DNA of 64,000 nt from Leucoraja erinacea (taxonomy: Eukaryota), in assembly GCF_028641065.1 (NCBI RefSeq), contig NC_073383.1, positions 17,980,001-18,044,000 on the forward strand, read 5' to 3'. The notes under the pieces were generated by a model. It had not been told where the DNA came from and did no database searches. It worked only from the letters and a program-made list of their open reading frames with translations. Both the position numbers and the translations under genes were made by a program. Below, in pieces: positions 1 to 12,515 of this stretch (the first letter of the stretch is position 1; each line of letters opens with the position of its first letter).

Positions 1-100
1 AGGGCAGGAGAATGGGATTAGGAGGGAGAGATAGATCAGCCTTGATTGAATGGCAGAGTAGACTTGATGGACTGAATGGCCTAATTCTACTCCTATCACT
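1..100 (+). mobile_element. CR1-type LINE 3' end fragment
   Basis: Matches the 3' UTR of the longer CR1 copies in this window (ggcaggagaatggg...gatcagcc...gattgaatggc...gaatggccta..ct.ctccta). Confidence 0.75.
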
Positions 101-504
101 TTTATCACAGCTGTGCTTGCTGCAGTTTAGAGTGTTAGCATACTATTTTCCTTTTGTTGTTACCTGTGCTCTCCCTGCACTGTTAATTATTGCCATGCTA
201 GAGTTCAACAGGCCCTAGCAGCTGTCTGGCACTTCACCCTGCTAACCGTGGCCGTGGGCAGCAAGAGCCAATAGCCTATCTAAGTATGGATGTAGCTGCT
301 GTTCATTCTTTAACTAACCCCCTGCACTTTCTCTCCAGCTGGGATTGCAGGCAACCAGTGTAGAGAGAGAGGATCTGTTGTTACTCAACAAGATGAGGGC
401 ACAAGTCTTTGAGGTTTTTCCACAACTATCCTTGAGAAGGTTGAACTGCTGCTGCCTTTGTGTAAAAGTAGATGTTGGGTGATGTGGATTGGACTTGCTT
501 AGTT

Positions 505-675
505 TAAAATAGAGATTAATAGGCTCCTGATTAGTAAAGGGTGTCAAAGGTTACGGAGAGAAGGCAGGAGAATGGGGTTGGGAGGGAAAAATAGATCGGC
601 CATTATCAAATGGTGGGGCAGACCAGACGGACTTAATGACCCAATCCTGCACCTATGTCTTATGATTTCATGGTC
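505..675 (+). mobile_element. CR1-type LINE 3' fragment
   Basis: aaggtta.ggagagaaggcaggagaatgg...cctgcacctatgtcttatg, same 3' UTR as other CR1 copies here. Confidence 0.7.
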
Positions 676-920
676 TGAGAGTTCTTTATAGACCCCGAGA
701 TGGTGTACTTCCAAGACAAGATACTGATTGATTTGGAGGGGTGTTTGTAGGCAGTTTTTGTTCCCATGTGTTTGCTGCTTTTAATAATTCTAGGTAGCAA
801 TAGTTGCTATTTTAGAATGTGTTGTTTATGTAACGTTGGCGAGATGCTACAGTGAATATTTTGCAGATAGACCACCGTGTGCCTGCGTTGGAGGGATTGA
901 ATATTGTGTGGAGGATTGAG

Positions 921-1417
921 TAGAGAGACGGTTCACCAGACTGATTCCTGGGATGTCAGGACTTTCATATGAAGAAAGACTGGATAGACTTGGCTTGTAC
1001 TCACTAGAATTTAGAAGATTGAGGGGGGATCTTATAGAAACTTACAAAATTCTTAAGGGGTTGGACAGGCTAGAGGCAGGAAGATTGTTCCCGATGTTGG
1101 GGAAGTTCAGAACAAGGGGTCACAGTTTAAGGATAAAGGGGGAATCTTTTAGGACTGAGATGAGAAAAACATTTTTTTTACACAGAGAGTGGTGAATCTC
1201 TGGAATTCTCTGCCACAGAATGCAGTTGAGGCCAGTTCATTGGCTACATTTAAGAGGGAGTTAGATGTGGCCCTTGTGGCTAAAGGGATCAGGGGGTATG
1301 GAGAGAAAGCAGGTACAGGATACTGAGTTGGATGATCAGCCATGATCATATTGAATGGCGGTGCAGGCTTGAAGGGCCGAATGGCCTACTCCTGCACCTA
1401 TTTTCTATGTTTCTATG
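921..1417 (+). mobile_element. CR1/HER1-like LINE, 5'-truncated, young subfamily
   Basis: ORF 953-1195 GLSYEERLDRLGLYSLEFRRLRGDLIETYKI is the CR1 ORF2 C-terminus; ends in a (tttctatg)n tail; near-identical to 5688-6812 and 31445-32237. Confidence 0.92.
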
Positions 1418-1589
1418 TGCACGTCAACAGGATTCCTTATCCTGGATGTTGTTGCATAACCTTAGTGTTTGTGGACCTTCACTCATCCATGCAAGTGGAG
1501 AGTATTCCACCACAGACTTGTGTGATGTGGGTGGGAAAGGCTTCATGAGGGTCGAGATGCTGCAGGATTCCCAGTCTCCATTCTGCCCT

Positions 1590-1852
1590 GTGTTTCGCTG
1601 AACACCTTCGCTCAGTCCATCTGAACCTACTTGATTTCCTGGTTGCTAAACACTTTAATTCCTCTTCCCATTCCAACACACACCTTTCTGTCCTGGGCCT
1701 CCTCCATCGTCAGAGTGAGGCCAAACACAAATTGGAGGAACAGCATCTCATATTTTGCCTGGTCAGCTTACAACCCAGCGGTATGAATATTGATTTCTCT
1801 TACTTCAAGTAACCCCTGCATTCCCTCTCTCTCCATCCCGCCCCCACCCAAG
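1590..1852 (+). mobile_element. Penelope-like element relic (GIY-YIG 3' region)
   Basis: Encodes a degenerate FAEHLRSV...VAKHFNSSSHS...LSVLGLL...KLEEQHLIF, homologous to the ORF at 10095-10763. Confidence 0.8.
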
Positions 1853-3600
1853 TATCTTGTGTTGTGTTTGAGATAACCTCCGGAAGTGAGGTGATACATT
1901 TTACCATACCAAAGGCGCTATAGAAATGCAAGTTAATTTTAATTGCTCATTACGTTTAACCAACCGCACCATCTATTGAACAAACATTTGTATTTTCTGT
2001 TTATTATTATGGTCCAAATAGAATGGAGTACAGAACTATAATTTGAACTAATGCATTTGGCGTCGATGTATTTCAAATCATTTGTCTGGTGAGATTTTGT
2101 TGGCCAAATCGTACTTTTAATTTGGAGTGCTCTGTATACACATCATCAGTGATGAATGGGAATCAGATAATTAAATAATAGCATTTCCCAAAACTGCAGT
2201 TCTTATTGGGAAGTAAGCCAGTGTGCAGTGCAGAAATCTTCAACTTCCTCAGCTCGTGATGTGTTCTTGCTTGTTACAAAATCGACATCCTCCCAGGCAC
2301 GCCCTAGGAAATATAAAACACTCATTAACAGTTACTTACGAAAAGTTATCCAGATCGGTCGTGCAAAGCTTTCCTACCTTTCCCCGTTTTCTTCTTTGAG
2401 GGACTTATTTTCTCTGCTGCAGTTTAGCTGAGATTAGCATGAAATATTTGTCTAGTTGTAATAATCTGTTAGATTTTATACCTGGATGACAGTTGGCAAA
2501 ATGTCAGACTTTTCTTACACTTTGCCTAAGAGACTCGTCCCTTGCCATAGTTTGACTCCTTCTGTTTTGTAGAGCGTGTGTTATTTGGTACTGCACAGAC
2601 ATGCCTGTGTGATGTGGCCTCGATGGGCTCATTGCTCAGTTTTAGGAGAGGGTGGTTTCCCCAGCACGAGAGACCAATCTCTCTCTTCTCCACCGTGGAT
2701 TAGTTGAGAACAACTCTGCAGATTCTTCACGGGCTGCACCAGAACAACTTCCTGTGAGGAGTCCAATTTTCTCCTTTAAATGGATGAATGTGTTACCATC
2801 AAGAAAAAGCACCTCCTAAAACCCATATTTAGGTAAGTAATAATACTGGCATTTTACTCAGGCTGCAGAAACCATTCAGTTCCTCAAGTTTCCTTCCTTT
2901 CCTTTCTACTGCAATGATGTTGTGAAAATAATTTATTTCATTTATTCTATGGTTAATTCTGCAAGTTGCAACATTGCAGAACAGATAATTTAACAAACCA
3001 GAATTTTTGTTTTGGTTTCTTCCACATTGCAGTAAAGTAAGTGATTTTATAATACTTTGATCAAGAGTTTAAAAGCACCCGACAGACTTTTCAAACACTT
3101 TGTACATGTGGTCTGAAAACAATTTGTTACAGAACATTGCATCTAAGTGCATGGCAAAATCTGCTTTTTAATAGTTATTGTGTTAAACCAACACAACAGA
3201 ACAGTTCTTTTTTGCTGATGTGAGCCAAGTACTAGAGTGTAAAATCCTGTTTGTAAAATAAGCATTCTGTTTTTAATGACAACAGTGGCGCTGATAACAG
3301 ATAGATTCTCATAGCTTTGTAAAACCGGAGAAGTATTTAGTTTGAACAAACTCCCAATGTGGAGTTATTTTGTAATTCAAAACATGATGTACGCCAAAGA
3401 AAATTAGTATTTTCGAAAAGGGGCTAACTTTTCTCATGTGTAAAGGAACACATTTTTCATCTGTCAGTGTATCTTGAGTTTTTGCTGTTCCCGGGCTATT
3501 CTCAATCATTTTGAAATCGGTCTGCAGATATCTAAGCATGGGAATGACTTTCCTTTTGGCACTCATTACAGGGATTCTGTGGTTAGGAAAGGAAATAGCG

Positions 3601-3855
3601 TTAGTGCTATCTTGTTTATAGCAAGTGACATCTCAAGATCCATTTAGGCTCCCATTGGACCAAAGTTTATGACATCTGTGGTATATCATAGCTATGAGTT
3701 TGATAGGATAAATAAGCAAGCTCCTATAAAACATGAACGGGCAGTTTATATTGGCTTTTCTAATTTCAGATGAATATGAGTCCATGTGACAGAAATGAAA
3801 AACTTATGTGAAGTTGCACAACTTGTAAAGTGACTTTAATTGGAAGAAACTTATG
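3601..3855 (+). repeat. Local ~250-bp direct duplication, copy 1 (copy 2 at ~4830-5065)
   Basis: ttagtgctatcttgtttat...agatccatttaggctcccattggaccaaagtttatg...ctaatttcagatgaata present in both copies. Confidence 0.9.
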
Positions 3856-4509
3856 ACAAAGTTATCAAGTATAATTGCAATCTGGTGTAGATACAAAGAT
3901 AAATATCTAGATATAAAGCTATGCAGTCATTAGTAGCCGACCCTTATTTGTCCTGCTTTTTTCTCATCTCCAGCTCTCCACCACTCTCCTCCCACCCCGT
4001 ACATTCAGTGTGAAGAAAAGCCCCGACCTGAAACGCCACCTATTCCTTTTTCTCCACAGATGCTCCTGACCCACTGAGTTAGCATTTTGTGTCTATCTTT
4101 GGTATAAACCAGCATCTGCAGTTTCTTTATTTCTACTATCTAATATAATGTTCCCTTACTTAGAAGTGGCAATGAACAAAAAGGGAGAACATTTCAAAAC
4201 AATATTCCAGTGTTTTAATTTGAGACCTGCTCAAAATATATATGAACACCAAACTTGGCAAAGATCAATGCGTTGGAACTTAACTGAGACTCCAAACATC
4301 CCAGCCAGTGTGGTGTTGATTCGGAAAAGGAAGACAACTTGACAGTAGTACACCTGGAGCGATATGTCTACTCCATCTAGGGCATGTGTTCTCCCAAGGG
4401 GGAAACCCAGAGCTATCATTCCATTGGACCACTTAGAGAGAGGTGATAGATGTTAAGGTTTCACTTAATATGCAATGCTATAGTGTACCACATTTTATCA
4501 TTAGTAGAT

Positions 4510-4737
4510 GGCACAGTGGTGCAGAAGTAGAGCTGCTGCCTTAAAGTGCAAGAGAGCCTGGTTCGATCCTGACTAAGGGTGCTGTCTGTGCGGTTTGCAT
4601 GTTTTCCCTGTGACTGTGTGGGTTTTCTCTGGGTGCTTTGGTTTTCTCCTACATTCCAAAGACGTGCAGGTGTCTAAGTTAATTGGTTTCTGTAAATTGT
4701 CCTTGGTGCGTAGAACATAAAACTGGTGTACATGTGA
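4510..4737 (+). mobile_element. HE1/V-SINE-type tRNA-derived SINE (partial)
   Basis: tRNA-like head (ggcacagtggtgcag...ggttcgatcc) plus V-domain gtttgcatgttttccctgtg...gggttttctctgggtgc. Confidence 0.85.
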
Positions 4738-4829
4738 CCAACGTTTATGGCTATCTTGACTATTATGACTATTATTGCCCTCCTGACTACTCTTCACTGT
4801 TTATTTTCTTCAATTCAATTATACTGTAT

Positions 4830-5065
4830 TTAGTGCTATCTTGTTTATTGCAAATGACATCTTAAGATCCATTTAGGCTCCCATTGGACCAAAGTTTATG
4901 CCATCTGTTGTATATCATAGCTGTGAGTTTAACAAGATAAATAAGCAATCATATAAAACATGAACGGGCACTTTATATTGCCTCTCCTAATTTCAGATGA
5001 ATACAAGTCCATGTGACAGAAATTAAAAGCTTGCCGATAAAGTGAATTTAATTGGTAGAAAGCTT
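4830..5065 (+). repeat. Local direct duplication, copy 2 of 3601-3855
   Basis: Aligns by eye with copy 1, with scattered substitutions and one indel. Confidence 0.9.
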
Positions 5066-5687
5066 TGTTGATCATTATGACATAGGTAGCTAGTATACTT
5101 GTCTTCTGTAAATTGTCCCGAGTGTGCAGGACTTGGAACTAGTGTACAGGTGATCAATGGTTGGTGGGGACTTGGTGGGCCAAAGAGTTGTTTCCATTCT
5201 GTATCACTATGTTCCATACACTCACCACCCTTTGTGTGAAAAAGTGGCCCCTCAGATTCCTATTAAATCTTTTCCCCTTCACCTTAAACCTCTGCCCTCT
5301 GGTCCTCGATTCTGGGTAAAAAAACAAACAATTTTCCTTATCTTTCCTTGAATCATATGACCAATCACTTTACATCATTACTTAAACATTTCTACTTCCG
5401 AACATTCAGTATGCACACTATTTCCCAATGCCCATCTTTGCACAAATGCTGTGAACAGGTAATCTGAAATAGGAAAGGAAGAAGGATACTCTGATTATCA
5501 ATCCTTCAAAGACTGCTGATTGCCACAGATTCAGTGATGCCCTTTCCTACTATGGCCAGCACATGCCTTAAAACATGGAGACGTATGAGGCCAAAACGTC
5601 ACCCATTCCTTCTCTCCAGATATGCTACCTGTCCCGCTGAGTTACTCCAGCTTTTTGTATCTATCGTCAGTTTAAACCAGCATCAGT

Positions 5688-6812
5688 ATTGGGGGTTCAG
5701 TATTGATGTGGATAGAGAACTGGCTGGCAAACAGGAAGCAAAGAGTAGGAGTAAAAGGGTCCTTTTCACAATGGCAGACAGTGACTAGTGGGGTACCGCA
5801 AGGCTCAGAGCTGGAACCCCAGCTATTTACAATATATATTAATGATCTGGATGAGGGAATTGAAGGCAACATCTCCAAGTTTGCGGATGACATGAAGCTG
5901 GGGGGCAGTATTAGCTGTGAGGAGGATGCTAGGAGGCTGCAAGGTGACTTGGATAGGTTGGGTGAGTGGGCAAATGCATGGCATATGCAGTATAATGTGG
6001 ATAAATGTGAGGTTATCCACTTTAGTGGCAAAAACAGGAAAGTAGACTATTATCTTGAGTGGTGGCCGATTAGGACAAGGGGAGATGCAACGAGACCTGG
6101 GTGTCATGGTACACCAGTCATTGAAAGTAGGCATGCAGATGCAGCAGGCAGTGAAGAAAGCGACTGGTATGTTAGCATTCATAGCAAAAGGTTTTGAGTA
6201 TAGGAGCAGGGAGGTTCTACTGCAGTTGTACAGGGTCTTGGTGAGACCACACCTGGAGTATTGCGTACAGTTTTTGTCTCCTAATCTGAGGAAAGACATT
6301 CTTGCCATAGAGGGAGTACAGAGAAGGTTCACCAGACTGATTCCTGGGATGTCAGGACTTTCATATGAAGAAAGACTGGATAGACTCGACTTGTACTCGC
6401 TAGAATTTAGAAGATTGAGGGGGGGGGATCTTATAGAAACTTACAAAATTCTTAAGGGGTTGGACAGGCTAGATGCAGGAAGATTGTTCCCGATGTTGGG
6501 GAAGTCCAGAACAAGGGGTCACAGTTTAAGGATAAGGTGGAAGTCTTTTAGGACCGAGATGAGAAAAATATTTTTCACACAGAGAGTGGTGAACCTCTGG
6601 AATTCTCTGCCACAGAAGGATGTTGAGGCTAGTTCATTGGCTATATTTAAGAGGGAATTAGATGTGGCCCTTGTGGCTAAAGGGATCAGAGGGTATGGAG
6701 AGAAGGCAGGTTCAGGATATTGAGTTGGATGATCAGCCATGATCATATTGAATGGTGGTGCAGGCTCGAAGTGCTGAATGGCCTACTCCTGCACCTATTT
6801 TCTATGTTTCTA
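5688..6812 (+). mobile_element. CR1/HER1-like LINE, 5'-truncated, with RT domain (frameshifted)
   Basis: ORFs 5703-6197 (SGVPQGS, YINDLD, KFADD) and 6055-6723 (RPHLEYCVQF, RRLRG, FFTQRVVNLWNSLP); tail ttctatgtttctat. Confidence 0.95.
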
Positions 6813-7703
6813 TCTACAGTTCCTTCCTACACATGTACTGTTCATGACCCCCTATCAAAAGGTCTCTATGCACAAAATGACTGCCTGATGTATTGTGACC
6901 AATAGCTATTGTGGCCATAGTCAAATATGTGGACCAGATTGAATCAATTTTCTGAATGTGAATTAGCCTGATTCTTCCAGGAAGGACTGATTAACAATGA
7001 TCAGAGTCTGAGAAATGGATACTTTAGCAACAAAATGGAGACTTTTATAAAGAGACAGGTTGGGGCAAAGAAATTAATGAATGCTAGCTCCAAGTAGAAA
7101 TAGTTTGAAATGAAGGGCAGTACAATGTACACCAGCAGCGTTGCAGTGAATGGGCTGGGTTAACAATGTTTGTTAATGTTTAGTAAGATCACCTCCCAGT
7201 CTACTAAACTATTATGTGTAAAGTTCCAATCTGTTTAATCTTTCATCATATTACAATTGCACACTGTGATCCACTTGCCTGTTTCAGGATCTAGCCATTC
7301 TTATACCTGTAGTGTAACAAGATGTGTATTATTTTGTAAACCTTATATCCATCTTGCCAAAGCATAAAGTGTGGTCTGGATGAATGGAAAACTATTAACC
7401 TGAATGAAAGAAACATTGAAGTGGCTGTTTTGCAAGGTTGATTTGCTTTATTAATCAATTATTTTATGTCATGGTGGTCCACAAAACTTTTCTCTCTGAA
7501 TTACATGTACGCATAAACTAACTGCATTGAACATGGAAACTGTTAGAAATATGCAGCAGGCCAGGGCTACCTATCACCCTGTAGTTCCTGAATCTTTTTA
7601 TTTTCTGCCTCTACATTGCAAGAAAAACTCAAGTATTTAATCATAACATTTAACCTCTCAACTCAACCTCTTCCGACAAGGACAATTGAGTACTTCCCTT
7701 AAC

Positions 7704-8000
7704 TTTTAGACTTTAGACTCTAGAGATACAGTGTGAAAATAGGCCCAACGGCAGAACAAGTCTATATCGACCAAAGTATGCAAACACTATCCCACACATT
7801 GGGGACAATTTACAATTTTTACAGAAGCTAATTAACCTGTTTGGCTTTGGAGTGTGGGAGGAAACCAGAGCACCCAGAGAAAACTCACATGGTTACAGGG
7901 AAAACATACAAAGCCAGTACAGCCAGCTCCTGTAGTCAGGATCAAACTTGGGTCTCTGGTGCTGTAAGGCAGTAACTGCAACATGATGCAACATTGCTGC
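7704..8000 (-). mobile_element. HE1/V-SINE-type SINE
   Basis: Reverse-complement SINE: (acttttag)n tail, ggagtgtgggaggaaaccagagcacccagagaaa V-domain, tRNA head. Confidence 0.85.
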
Positions 8001-8454
8001 TCTACTGGTTTTCTGGTTTTTATTTCAGATTTCTGATATTTGCAACTTTTTTGCTTTATGAATTTAACACAATTTCAATTATTCTTCCTTTATAAGTTGC
8101 CATCAGCTCAAGCCATAAACTAATTGTACAATGGTCCTAGTTACTAAATTCAGCAACAAAAGCATCAGTTAAATAAATGACACAAAATGCACAATCAAGC
8201 AATAAGAAACACAGTTTAAATAATCAAAGTGATTTTGCTTTTTTAACTGTAGCTGATCATCATTTCAACAACAAAATGTTTATATTATCTTCAATATAGA
8301 AAAATGTGTCATGGCGTTTCAGTTCACCATGATCAGACAAAATTAAGAGTTGAGGAAAAGATAAAAACAATAGAAGGTGTGACTAAAAAACTTAGCCACA
8401 AGGGTTAGTTTTAAGGATGGTCTTAAAGGATGAGTGATTGTGATTTCTGTATCA

Positions 8455-8735
8455 TGATCATGTGATAGGAGTAGAAATAGGGTATTCGACCCATCAAGGC
8501 TATTCTGTCATTCAATCATGGCTGATCTATCTCACCTTCCTAACCCCATTCTCCTGCCTTCTCCCCATAACCTCTGATACCTGTACTACAAGAATATATC
8601 TATCACTGCCTTAAATATATCCACTGACTTTGCCAACACAGCCTTCAGTGGCAAAGAATTCCACAGATTCACCACCCTCGGACTAAAGACATTCCTCCTC
8701 ATCTCTTTCCTGAAAGAACGTCCTTTAATTCTGAA
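8455..8735 (-). mobile_element. CR1-type LINE 3' fragment
   Basis: cattcaatcatggctgatct...ctcctgccttctccccataacc...gaattccacagattcaccaccctc is the reverse complement of the CR1 3' end. Confidence 0.8.
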
Positions 8736-10144
8736 TTCTAATGTATTTATATCTTTGGAAAGAGGATAGTGTGATCAGGTCAGAACATGGTCACTGAGCA
8801 GGAGAGCAGCATCGAGAGAGGGTCTCACAGAACTGATTGCAGCCACCAATGTTGAGATGAAGGAAGGTTTGATTCACAATGATCAGTCAGAGAAATTGAG
8901 GCTTTAGCAAAGAAATAGAGACTAACAAAGGGCCAGGTAGGGGCAAGGAAATTAATTAATTCAAACGCCAGAATAAGAATTTAATTTGGAAGTGTGATTC
9001 ACGATAGGTCAGCAAGTACTAGGATGATGTCCGAGCAGGATGATACAGTATAATGAACTGAAGAAAATAAAAGGTGACGAATATGGAGGGCAATCATCAT
9101 TTAGAATAGTTGGAACTGCTGATGGAAGAGGGATGGATGGGGATTTCAGTGACTTCTAGTATTAAAGATTGTCTTGATTTCTTCCCCATCTATGGCCCCT
9201 TCACTATCTCTTATATTTGGAATGCTTTCAGTGTCTTTCAGTGTCATGTTCACAATGCACTTTCAGGTTCCGTGAATATCAATCCACAACAATTATTCAT
9301 GTTATTCATCAATGTTCTTTCCCTGTTTCCTACTTATCAATTCCCCAGGTGCCTCCTTTAGCATTTACTTCAGCTATTCTCTTCTCTTTTACATGATAGA
9401 GACCTTTCGCTTTGAAAGCACAAGTCGAGGTAACTTAGAATATCGAGACTGCGAATTGCGTACCGTAGTCTAAGTTAATGAGAGGAGGGATGGATGGGTC
9501 AGTGACAAGGACACAGGCTTTATGTAGGAAATTGAAGTTTTCAATGATTAACTGCAGGAATTTGCACCTCATCTGAGTCGGAATACCTAATGTATAATCA
9601 TAATCATACTTTATTAGCCATGTTTTGCAACATACGAGGAATTAGATTTGGCATGCAGTTATACCAATAAAAAGCAACAAGACACACAAAATACATTTAA
9701 ACATAAACATCCATCACAGTGACTCCTCCACATTCCTCACTGTGATGGAAGGTGAAAAACAAAAAAGTTCACTCTCCTCCCTTCTTTGTTCCCCTGTGGT
9801 CAGGGGCCTCGAGCCTTCTGTTGATGGGGTGATCTTGTCTCCAGTAGCGGGCGGTCGAACCCTCCGCATCAGGACAATCAAGCTTCTGAATCGGGGGGAT
9901 CTCAGCTCCCAACCCTGGGCGATCGGACCCCGGGTCAGGGCAGGTCGACGAACCTCTTGCGACTTAGGAGGTACGCGATATTAGTCTCTACCCGAGACTG
10001 CGAGCTCCTCGATTGTGAAATCTGCAGGCCGCGGTTGAAGCGTCGATCTCAGGCAAGGGAATCCAGGCTCCGTTGGTAAGTCCACGGCCCCGCGGTGTGG
10101 CTCAAACACAGTTTTGAGCAAGGCCGCCAGCTCCATGATGATAT

Positions 10145-10825
10145 GTACCATTACCGCTCCCTCCGTAACTCCCTGGTCAATTCGTCCCTTCCCACCCGAA
10201 CCACCCCCTCTCCGGGCACTTTCCCTTGCAACCGCAAGAAATGCTCCACTTGTCGCTTTACCTCCCCCCTTGACTCCATTCAAGGATGCAAGCCATCTTT
10301 CCAGGTGCGACAGAGGTTCATCTGCACCTCCTCCAACCACATCTATTGTATCCGCTGCTCTAGATGTCAGTTGCTCTACATCAGTGAGACAAAGCATAGG
10401 CTTGGCGATCGCTTCGCCGAACACCTCCGCTCGGCTCGCAATAACCAACCTGATCTCCCGGTGGCTCAGCACTTCAACTCCCCCTCCCATTCCAAATCCG
10501 ACCTTTCTGTCCTGGGCCTCCATGGCCAGAGTGAGGCCCACCATAAATTGGAGAAGCAGCACCTCATATTTTGCTTGGGCAGTTTGCACCCCAGCGGTAT
10601 GAACTTATTTTCTCCTCCCCTTTCCAGCTCTCTCTCAGTCCTCTGGGTCCACCTCTTCCTTTCTTCCTCCCGCCCCCCTCACCCTCACATCAGTCTGAAG
10701 AAGGGTTTTGGCCCGAAACGTTGCCTATTTCCTTCACTCCATAGTTGCTGCCTCACCCGCTGAGTTTCTCCAGCATTTTTATCTACCTTTGATTTTCCAG
10801 CATCTGCAGTTCCTTCTTAAACAGA
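10145..10825 (+). mobile_element. Penelope-like retroelement fragment: GIY-YIG endonuclease region plus terminal (pLTR-type) repeat
   Basis: ORF 10095-10763: PCNRKKCSTC...CTSSNHIYCIRCSRCQLLYISETKHRLGDRFAEHLRS...VAQHFN (GIY-YIG motif pair with the PLE Cys motif), followed by the ctgaagaaggg...cccgaaacg terminal repeat. Confidence 0.88.
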
Positions 10826-10939
10826 CTGTTGGCTAGGCTGCCATCGCTGACGGTGCATTATGTCTGAAATATGACTGGACCCAACACCAGTAATATATGC
10901 GACCAAAAGGAAAGTAAATGGGCCAGGTTGTACATGAGC

Positions 10940-11312
10940 TTTTGACTTTAAACTTTAGAGATACACCGTGAAAACAGGCCCTTCGGCCCACCGAGTTCGC
11001 GCCGACCAGTGATCACCCCGTATACTAGCACTATCCTACACACTAGGGACAATTTACAATTTTCAAAAGGCAATTAACATACAAATCTGTATGTCTTTGG
11101 AGCACTCGGAGAAAACCTATTTGGACAGAGGGAGAAAATGCAAAATCTGTACAGAATTTGAATTGAATTGAATTGAATACTTTATTATTTATATACTTTA
11201 TATACTTTATTAATTTCAATTCAATTCAATTCAGACTGCACCCGTAGTCAGGATCAAACACAAGTCTCTGGTCCTGTAAGGCAGCAACTCTCCCGCTGTG
11301 TCACTGTGCCCC
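10940..11312 (-). mobile_element. HE1/V-SINE-type SINE interrupted by a 76-bp microsatellite insertion (11156-11231)
   Basis: tttagagataca...aacaggcccttcggcccaccgag tail; tRNA head ctgtaaggcagcaactctcccgctgtgtcactgtgcc. Confidence 0.85.
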
Positions 11313-12221
11313 CCTTTCGCTTTGATTCTTAGCACCCTACACACAAATGAACAATCCATTGATTCGATACATTGTCAGCAAAAGATTTGCTGGAGTTCCT
11401 TACACAAATTTGTAACTTGCTCTGATCTCCCGGCTCAAAACTACATTTGAGCACTTCACATTTTGTGAAATACTCAACGGGAAGCTGCATCACAGGGCTT
11501 AGAGAGATGCAGCTGTCAACCTTCAAAAGACTGAGAGAATGGAGTCGTAAATTCTGAATTACTTATCCTGCTTAATCAAATTCTGCACTCTATAGCATTG
11601 TAAAAAATACCCAATCATTAATTTAATTTTTGATAAGTCACAATCAGATGCCGGTGAAAAATTCTGCAGGTTATTATTCAGAGGCAAACATACGTCATCG
11701 GCAGAAATCAATTCAAGATTCATTCTTATTATTCATACTAACGATATCCTTCTCAGTCATCAACAGTGATTAGTTTGTAACACTAAACATTGCCACTAAA
11801 ACTGGAAATCATTCTATTTCAGACATTAATTATAACACATTAATAGTTCAAATCATTCTGACATTGCTGCTACAGAAAAGATAGTTGAGGTTGGGACTAT
11901 CCCAACATTTAAAAGGTACATGGATAGGACAGGTTTGGAGGGATATGGACCAAACGCAGGCTGGTAGCACTAGAGCAGTTGGGACATGTTGGCCGATGTG
12001 GGCCAATTGGGCCGAAGGGCCTTTTCCCACGCTGTATCACGATATGACTCTATGACAGAAAGCATTTGGGCCGGGGTGTTGATCCTTTTTTATGTCAGGT
12101 CCAGTCGAGTTTATTTTTATGTCCACAAGCATGGAAGGGTATAGGTGCAATGAAGACCTTGCTTGCAGCAGCTTCACATACACATGGACTGAGACAACAC
12201 ACTACAACATAAATGATACAT

Positions 12222-12515
12222 AAATAGTAAGATTAAACGGGAACTTACCAGTTCGAAGTTTGATCGTTATTTTATGAGGAGTACGTTGAGGGAATACGTG
12301 AAGAACCCCGCCAGGACGCATGCGTGTCATTCTTCAAAGCAGCGGTGTGAAATCACAGATAACTGTAATGACTGAACATAGTAAGATTAGAGAAGAAATA
12401 CCAGTTGAGTATATGATCATGGGTGGGAGCGGTGGGCACGTATTCCCTCAACGTACTCCTCATAAAATAACGATCAAACTTCAAACTGGTAAGTTCTCGC
12501 TTAATCTTACTATTT
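12222..12515. repeat. DIRS 3' terminal sequence (12222-12300) and its inverted copy in the ICR (12437-12515)
   Basis: 79-bp inverted repeat with about 3 mismatches: aaatagtaagattaaacgggaacttaccag...gggaatacgtg versus cacgtattccc...ctggtaagttctcgcttaatcttactattt. Confidence 0.92.

Larger units (their letters stand above)
420..1560 (-). mobile_element. Old L2/CR1-group LINE relic split by two younger CR1 insertions (pieces ~420-500, ~680-915, ~1418-1560)
   Basis: Minus strand at ~1481-1508 encodes EYSPLAWMS, a non-LTR ORF2 post-RT motif; similarly decayed sequence lies on both sides of the CR1 at 921-1417. Confidence 0.5.

Noticed and set aside
2205-2325. Minus-strand acceptor (tttatatttcctag) followed by a short frame RAWEDVDFVTSK...
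   Set aside because: About 32 codons with no recognisable homology and no partner exons.
2572-2838. Exon-like segment between ttctgttttgtag and ag|gtaagt
   Set aside because: All three frames contain stops and no protein is recognisable; a non-coding exon cannot be supported without transcript data.
6985-8990. Diverged similarity between ~6985-7110 and ~8860-8990
   Set aside because: Probably two copies of an ancient L2-type relic; too degraded to call a specific duplication.
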